Assembly: GCA_017456545.1 (NCBI GenBank)
Contig: JAFTJE010000015.1
Location: forward strand, 64,562-128,561
Reading direction: 5' to 3'
Source: Clostridia bacterium
GTDB taxonomy: Bacteria > Bacillota > Clostridia > Oscillospirales > CAG-272
Length of the DNA stretch: 64,000 nt
Shown here: piece by piece, positions 58,520 through 64,000 of the stretch
Position numbering within the stretch: position 1 is the first letter of the stretch
Layout: each line of letters starts with the position of its first letter
Notes under the pieces: model-generated
The model's input: the letters and a program-made list of their open reading frames with translations, nothing else
Told to the model about the DNA's origin: nothing
Database searches by the model: none
Position numbers and translations under genes: made by a program

Positions 58520-59323
58520 ATGAAAAAGATGAGCCCCGAGCAAATCAAGTCAATAATGTTTGAGGTACTGTCAGTAGTTGATGATTTCTGCAGAGAAAAC
58601 TCACTTACTTATTTTTTGTGTGGTGGCACACTGATAGGCTCTATAAGACACGGTGGATTTATACCCTGGGACGATGATATAGATATTTCAATGCCAAGAA
58701 AGGATTATGAGATTTTTCTTGAAAAATTCAATTCATATTCCGAGTCCTATAAGGTAAGACACTGTAATAATGATAAGACATATCCATTCCCATTTGCCAA
58801 GGTATCCGATACAAGAACAAGATATATTGAGCAATGTGATTTTGAATATAACGGTGGAGTGTATGTTGATGTATTCCCCGTAGATGAGTTTGAAAGCCTT
58901 AAGGAAGCTAACTCAGCCTATAAAAAATGTAATTTTTACAAGCAGAGCATCCTTATTAAGGCAAGAAAGGCCTATCAGAAAAATATAATCAAAAGAGTGG
59001 TATGGACAGTTTGGAAATTCTTGATTTCCCCCATTTCCCCAAATAAGTTTGCAAGAAAAATAGAAGCAAAAATGATTAAGCATTCCAATAAGAGAAGAGA
59101 AAAGATAGAGTATATGGGATGCGTTGTCTGGGGATACGGAAGGAAGGAGATTGTGGATGCTAAATATTTATCATCCGTAACAGAGCATAAATTTGAAACA
59201 AGAAATATGTATGTTCCTTCCGGATATAATGAGTTCCTTACAAGTATATATGGAGATTATATGAAGCTGCCACCTGAGGACAAGCGTGTTCCTCATCACT
59301 CCACAGAAGCGTTTTTCTTATAA
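58520..59323 (+). CDS. LicD-family phosphotransferase (copy 2)
   Basis: 267 aa. FLCGGTLIGSIRHGGFIPWDDDIDISMPR and YMKLPPEDKR motifs. Confidence 0.8.
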   Translation: MKKMSPEQIKSIMFEVLSVVDDFCRENSLTYFLCGGTLIGSIRHGGFIPWDDDIDISMPRKDYEIFLEKFNSYSESYKVRHCNNDKTYPFPFAKVSDTRTRYIEQCDFEYNGGVYVDVFPVDEFESLKEANSAYKKCNFYKQSILIKARKAYQKNIIKRVVWTVWKFLISPISPNKFARKIEAKMIKHSNKRREKIEYMGCVVWGYGRKEIVDAKYLSSVTEHKFETRNMYVPSGYNEFLTSIYGDYMKLPPEDKRVPHHSTEAFFL

Positions 59324-59362
59324 AATAAATAATTGAAAGTTGGTAAAAATCAAGGAGTCAAA

Positions 59363-60820
59363 ATGAAAGCTGTTGGTATTTTAGGTGCGGGAACCTGGGG
59401 TTCAGCTATTGCAAAGGTGCTTTGCGAGATTGGAAACGAGGTTACAGTCTGGTCACCGATTGAAACGGAGGTCAGCGAGCTTAACGCAACCCACATTCAT
59501 AAGAATTTGCCGGGTGTTGTTATTCCAAAGGATGTAAAATATACCTGTGATATAGCTGAGGCTTGTATAGGTAAGGATTTTATATTTTTCGTTGTACCGT
59601 CTGTTTTTATCAGAAGCACAGCAGAGAAAATAAAGCCATATGTCAATGAAAAGCAAATCCTTGTAATTGCATCAAAGGGAATAGAGGACAGCACTCTTAT
59701 GACGCTTACCGATGTTGTAAGAGATGTGCTCGGCGACGGAGATAAAGGAAAATACAATGATGTAGTTGCTTTTTCAGGACCTGCTCACGCTGAGGAGGTT
59801 GCAGGTAATATGCCCACAACCATCGTTTCTGCTTGTAAAAAGATGAAAAGAGCTGAGGCTGTGGAAAGACTTTTCCGTAGCTCCTGTGTAAGAGTATATA
59901 CAAATCCCGATGTTCACGGAGTTGAGCTTTGCGGAGCTGTAAAGAATATTATAGCATTAGCCTGTGGTATTTCAAGTGGACTTGGCTTCGGTGATAATAC
60001 AAGAGCCGCACTTATTACAAGAGGTATTGCAGAGATTACCAGACTCGGGCTTGCTATGGGATGTGCAGAGCAGACCTTTGCAGGACTTGCAGGTACAGGA
60101 GATATAGTAGTAACCTCCACAAGTATGCATAGCCGGAATAACAGGGCAGGAACCCTTATGGGTAAGGGTTATACCCCGGAAGAGGCAATAAAGGCTGTTG
60201 GAATGGTTGTAGAGGGTATTAATGCATTGCCCGCAACCACAAAGCTTGCAAAGAAGTACGGGGTTGATATGCCTATTGTTGCCGGTGTGGATATGATAGT
60301 AAATAAGGGTGTAAAGCCTGTGGATATCCTTGCCAAGCTTATGAACAGAAGCTACAAATCCGAGCTGAATAAGTCCCAGACTGATTTGGTTTTTGAAAAC
60401 CTGGTTGTAAAAAATAAGAAAAAAAACGGTATGACAAGGGTTATTACCTACGGTTCCTTTGACCTTCTGCATTACGGACATATAAACCTCCTTCGCCGTG
60501 CCAAATCATTGGGAGACTACCTTGTTGTGGCATTGTCAACCGATGAGTTCAGCCAGAACAAGAAAAACAAAAAATGTTATTTCAGCTATGAGCAAAGAAA
60601 GATGCTTCTTGAATCCTTACGCTTTGTTGACCTGGTTATCCCCGAGGAAAGCTGGGAGCAGAAGCTTACCGATATGCGTGAGTTCAGAATAGACACTTTT
60701 GTTATGGGCGATGATTGGGAAGGTAAATTCGATTATCTTGAAAACGAGGGTGTTGATGTAATATACCTACCGAGAACACCGGAAATCAGCTCAGATAAAA
60801 TCAAAAAGGATATTAAATGA
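59363..60820 (+). CDS. bifunctional fusion of NAD(P)H-dependent glycerol-3-phosphate dehydrogenase (GpsA-like) and glycerol-3-phosphate cytidylyltransferase (TagD-like)
   Basis: One frame. N-terminal GILGAGTWGSA, GAVKNIIA and EG motifs (aa 1 to about 345). C-terminal domain from nt 60431 has the nucleotidyltransferase motif GSFDLLHYGH and RTPEISS. Confidence 0.8.
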   Translation: MKAVGILGAGTWGSAIAKVLCEIGNEVTVWSPIETEVSELNATHIHKNLPGVVIPKDVKYTCDIAEACIGKDFIFFVVPSVFIRSTAEKIKPYVNEKQILVIASKGIEDSTLMTLTDVVRDVLGDGDKGKYNDVVAFSGPAHAEEVAGNMPTTIVSACKKMKRAEAVERLFRSSCVRVYTNPDVHGVELCGAVKNIIALACGISSGLGFGDNTRAALITRGIAEITRLGLAMGCAEQTFAGLAGTGDIVVTSTSMHSRNNRAGTLMGKGYTPEEAIKAVGMVVEGINALPATTKLAKKYGVDMPIVAGVDMIVNKGVKPVDILAKLMNRSYKSELNKSQTDLVFENLVVKNKKKNGMTRVITYGSFDLLHYGHINLLRRAKSLGDYLVVALSTDEFSQNKKNKKCYFSYEQRKMLLESLRFVDLVIPEESWEQKLTDMREFRIDTFVMGDDWEGKFDYLENEGVDVIYLPRTPEISSDKIKKDIK

Positions 60821-60827
60821 TAATAAA

Positions 60828-60865
60828 AAGTCTGCCTCATATAGCCACAGGGCAGGCTTTTTTAT
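60828..60865 (+). terminator. terminator of the glycopolymer locus
   Basis: AAGTCTGCC ... GGCAGGCTT (1 mismatch, 14-nt loop), then T6. Confidence 0.6.
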
Positions 60866-60925
60866 ATGATTTGACAGAAAAACTGAAAATTTAGTGACGG
60901 TATGGTGCTTTTAATTTTTGTATTG

Positions 60926-60954
60926 TTGACATAAGGACTGAATTGTGGTATACT
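60926..60954 (+). promoter_or_regulatory. sigma-A type promoter
   Basis: TTGACA, 17-nt spacer, TGg-TATACT. Confidence 0.6.
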
Positions 60955-60994
60955 GAATATAACATAGTACAGCCAAGGGCTGAAAGGGAAAACG

Positions 60995-61771
60995 ATGAAT
61001 AACGAATTTGATAATAAAGATTTTAATAAGAACAATGATGAATCAAATAATGCTAAAAGACTCCGTATGCTTGGAGACAGCTCCTCCGAGGATATCCATT
61101 TGAAGTCTGATGAGGGAGTCAAGGGTGCATTTTGGCCCAACCTGTGGTTCAAATATAAGTGGCATATAATTATATCAGCTGCATTTCTGTTTATATTTTC
61201 GGTTATTATTATCCAATTTGCAACCGGCACAAAATACGATGTGGGAGTCCTCTATGCGGGAAATGAATATGTTGTGGATATTCAGGATGACTTTTCCGAT
61301 GCATTTGATGATTTTGCAGGGGATACAAACGGAGACGGAGAAAAGAATGTTCTTGTTACCTCCACAGTTTATATGACCGAGGAGCAGAGAAAGGAAGCTG
61401 CCAACGGCAATAAATATGATGAGCTTGCACTCCGTAATTCAAATAACAACTCATACAGAAACTTTCAGGAGCAGATGATGGCAGGTAATATTGCTATTTG
61501 TCTTCTGTCCCCTAATCTTTATGAGGATTATAAGGATGCCTTTGCCAATGCTGAGGATATTCTGGGCTACCGTCCCGATGATGAGCTTTTGTATGCTGAC
61601 AATGCAATAAAATTCAAAAAAACAGATTTTGCTAAGCAGTATGACTGCTTTGACCGTCTTCCCGAGGATACTGTGCTATGCATAATGGTAACTCATAGGG
61701 CTACACCCAAGGAGGAAAAGGAAGCAGCGATAGACCTTTATACGGCAATAGTAAATTTTGAAGCAGAATAA
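60995..61771 (+). CDS. hypothetical single-pass membrane protein
   Basis: 258 aa. Low-complexity N-terminus, one TM helix (IIISAAFLFIFSVIIIQF), acidic extracytoplasmic domain. I recognise no family. Confidence 0.5.
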   Translation: MNNEFDNKDFNKNNDESNNAKRLRMLGDSSSEDIHLKSDEGVKGAFWPNLWFKYKWHIIISAAFLFIFSVIIIQFATGTKYDVGVLYAGNEYVVDIQDDFSDAFDDFAGDTNGDGEKNVLVTSTVYMTEEQRKEAANGNKYDELALRNSNNNSYRNFQEQMMAGNIAICLLSPNLYEDYKDAFANAEDILGYRPDDELLYADNAIKFKKTDFAKQYDCFDRLPEDTVLCIMVTHRATPKEEKEAAIDLYTAIVNFEAE

Positions 61772-61778
61772 TAAAAAA

Positions 61779-61810
61779 TACGGCAAATTTTCTTGCCGTA
61801 TTTTTGTTTT
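61779..61810 (+). terminator. rho-independent terminator
   Basis: TACGGCAA-attttc-TTGCCGTA, then TTTTTGTTTT. Confidence 0.85.
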
Positions 61811-61842
61811 TCAGGTAATTTATGATGTTTAGTGTCGAAATA

Positions 61843-61871
61843 TTGACTTTAGAATCTATTTTTGTTATAAT
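61843..61871 (+). promoter_or_regulatory. sigma-A type promoter of the permease-upp operon
   Basis: TTGACT, 17-nt spacer, TGt-TATAAT. Confidence 0.65.
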
Positions 61872-61905
61872 AAATAATCAGAGAATATATTAAAAGGAGA
61901 GCATT

Positions 61906-63405
61906 ATGGCAAAAAATTTAGTTTACGACATACATGATAAGCCGAAATTCGGTAATATGCTGATTTTTGCATTCCAACAGCTTCTGGCAATCCTTGCGGC
62001 AACGATCGCCGTACCTACAATCATAGGACTTCCCACACAGATTCCTGCGGCAATCTTCGGTGCAGGCGTGGGAACACTTATTTATCAGTTTTTCACTCGC
62101 TTTAAGAGTCCCGTGTTTTTAGGTAGCTCATTTGCTTTCATAAACTCATTATTAGTAGCTGTAGCATACGGATACTGCGGTATAGTTCTTGGCTCTGTGG
62201 TTGCGGGCTTGGTTTATGTTATAATTGCAGCTGTAATCCATTTTGTAGGCACTAACTGGGTATCTAAGCTTATGCCTCCCGTTATTATAGGTCCTACCGT
62301 AACACTCATTGGTCTGTCCCTGGCAGGTGCCGCTATGGGCGATATAGTAAAGGCAAATAGCTCCGAGATAAACGGTAAGTATAATCTTATTGCACTTCTT
62401 TGCGGTCTTGTTGCTTTCTTTACAATTATAATTTGCTCCACGCAGAAAAAATATAAAATGCCCCGTCTGATTCCCTTCATTATCGGTATTGTAGTAGGAT
62501 ATACGGTAGCTTCAATATTTACAGCTATCGGTGTATTAGCCGATGTAGATTATCTTAAGATAATTAATTGGAATCCGATTGTAAATAATTTTATTAATGC
62601 CGACGGTAGCTTCAGAGGCTTTCAGGCATTTATTGATTACCCTGATTTTGCTATTGTAGAGGGTATCAAGGAGCTTGTAAACGGAGAGCTTTCCACCGAG
62701 ATTCTTAACGCAAATGAAAAGGCAGGCATTCTTAATTTAGGTGGAGTTGCTGAGGTGGTTATTGCATTCTTGCCCGTAGCTCTTGTAGTATTTGCAGAGC
62801 ATATTGCAGACCATAAGAATCTTTCCTCCATTATAGATAAGGACCTTATTGAGGACCCCGGTCTTAAGCGTACTCTTCTTGGAGACGGTGTAGGCTCCAT
62901 TGCGGGAACTGTGTTTGGTGTATGTCCCAATACAACCTATGGTGAGAGTGTAGGATGTGTTGCCATTACCCGTAACGCCTCGGTATGTACTATTACGACA
63001 ACGGCAATTTTGTGTATTGTTCTTTCATTTGTAAGCCCGATTATGACATTTTTACAGACTATCCCATCCTGTGTAATGGGTGGAGTATGCCTTACTCTTT
63101 ACGGGTTTATTGCAATTTCGGGTCTTAAGATGTTCAAGGACCTTGACCTTAACAAGAACAAAAATCTTTTCGTTGTTTCGGCTATACTTATTTCGGGAAT
63201 TGGTGGTCTTACAATTCAGATTCCTTATGCATTGGCAGATGATGGCTCGGTTGCAAAGACAATCCAGATAACTGCAATTGCAACAGCTCTTATTATCGGT
63301 ATTATCACTAATGCAATTCTTACAAAGGTAGAGAACAGTAAGCTCGGTAAATCCACAGAAAATGATGATAATTCAGAAAAACCTACAGAGGAGGAACAAA
63401 AATGA
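61906..63405 (+). CDS. NCS2-family nucleobase permease (probable uracil permease)
   Basis: 499 aa, polytopic. FQQLLAILAATIAVP and a GES-containing motif typical of uracil/xanthine permeases. Translationally coupled to upp. Confidence 0.8.
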   Translation: MAKNLVYDIHDKPKFGNMLIFAFQQLLAILAATIAVPTIIGLPTQIPAAIFGAGVGTLIYQFFTRFKSPVFLGSSFAFINSLLVAVAYGYCGIVLGSVVAGLVYVIIAAVIHFVGTNWVSKLMPPVIIGPTVTLIGLSLAGAAMGDIVKANSSEINGKYNLIALLCGLVAFFTIIICSTQKKYKMPRLIPFIIGIVVGYTVASIFTAIGVLADVDYLKIINWNPIVNNFINADGSFRGFQAFIDYPDFAIVEGIKELVNGELSTEILNANEKAGILNLGGVAEVVIAFLPVALVVFAEHIADHKNLSSIIDKDLIEDPGLKRTLLGDGVGSIAGTVFGVCPNTTYGESVGCVAITRNASVCTITTTAILCIVLSFVSPIMTFLQTIPSCVMGGVCLTLYGFIAISGLKMFKDLDLNKNKNLFVVSAILISGIGGLTIQIPYALADDGSVAKTIQITAIATALIIGIITNAILTKVENSKLGKSTENDDNSEKPTEEEQK

Positions 63406-64000
63406 AAAAATATGATAATGTAGTTATATTTGATCATCCACTTATAAAGCATAAAATAGCAATCCTTCGTGATGAAAAAACAAGCATGAAGGAATTTCGT
63501 GAGCTTGTTGAGGAAATAACAACTCTTATGACCTTTGAAAGCCTAAAGGACGATGTGCCCACAGTGGAAAAGGAGGTTAAAACTCCTCTCGAGACCTGTA
63601 CACAGACCTTTGTAAAGGATAACTCCATAGTTATTGTTCCAATTCTTCGTGCAGGCTTAGGTATGGTAAACGGTGTTCATGTTCTTTTCCCCTCTGCAAG
63701 AGTAGGTCATATAGGTATGTACAGAGATGAGGAAACCCTGGAGCCCCACTCCTACTACTGTAAGCTTCCTAAGGGAATAGAGGACAAGCTCGTGCTTCTT
63801 GTTGACCCTATGCTTGCCACAGGAGGAAGTGCCTGCGATGCTATCAAGCTTCTTAAAGAGGAGTATGGCTGTACTCATATAAAGTTTATGGCTATTATAG
63901 GTGCACCCGAGGGTGTTTCCAAGGTGGCAGAGGCTCATCCCGATGTAAAAATATATGTTTCCACATTGGATAGATGCCTTAACGAAAACGGATATATTCT
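63402..64000 (+). CDS. upp: uracil phosphoribosyltransferase (3' end truncated by the window edge)
   Basis: Not in the ORF track because there is no stop within the window. My translation: MKKYDNVVIFDHPLIKHKIAILRD...ILRAGLGM...LVDPMLATGGS. The ATG overlaps the permease TGA (ATGA). Confidence 0.9.
   Translation, partial: MKKYDNVVIFDHPLIKHKIAILRDEKTSMKEFRELVEEITTLMTFESLKDDVPTVEKEVKTPLETCTQTFVKDNSIVIVPILRAGLGMVNGVHVLFPSARVGHIGMYRDEETLEPHSYYCKLPKGIEDKLVLLVDPMLATGGSACDAIKLLKEEYGCTHIKFMAIIGAPEGVSKVAEAHPDVKIYVSTLDRCLNENGYI

Overview
The window looks like a chromosomal segment of a low-GC Gram-positive anaerobe, probably a gut Clostridia or Ruminococcaceae-like organism. That guess rests on gene content, GGAGG ribosome-binding sites and TGn-extended -10 promoters, and I could not verify it. 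I see no transposase, integrase, phage genes or CRISPR array.

Gene content, in order:
- 1-12 kb: mnmM-like methylase, alaS, a minus-strand block (HTH-fused glmM, GlmU-C-like acetyltransferase, ptsH, ptsI), a DUF3794/LysM protein, and a Ser T-box controlling serS plus two further genes.
- 13-25 kb: an ADP-ribosylglycohydrolase/PHP operon with a divergent XRE regulator, GH43, tRNA-Gln(CUG), several small or hypothetical proteins, rhaM, a lipase_3 protein, a histidine phosphatase, and an IscU-like/GGGtGRT gene pair.
- 25-47 kb: an rsuA-like gene followed by two tandem PHP paralogs, a 127-bp tandem repeat, tex, an orphan msmX-type ABC ATPase, a Gfo/Idh/MocA oxidoreductase, the CIRCE-controlled hrcA-grpE-dnaK-dnaJ-prmA operon, rsmE, a PucR-type regulator, greA-lysS, and GH29 and GH3 glycosidases.
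- 47.7-60.9 kb: a 13-gene Wzx/Wzy-type glycopolymer locus with two LicD phosphotransferases, an SDR / 2-hydroxyacid dehydrogenase / IspD-like cassette and a GpsA-TagD fusion.
- 61-64 kb: a membrane protein, a nucleobase permease and a truncated upp.

No recognisable defence or mobile system is present. The items most worth follow-up are:
- the uncharacterised IscU-like/GGGtGRT module, which appears highly expressed;
- the XRE-HTH::GlmM fusion with a stand-alone acetyltransferase;
- the structured 127-bp tandem repeat;
- the unusual CDP-polyol chemistry implied by the glycan locus;
- the PHP and ADP-ribosylglycohydrolase genes.

All calls come from reading the sequence and recognising motifs by eye. 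No database search was run.
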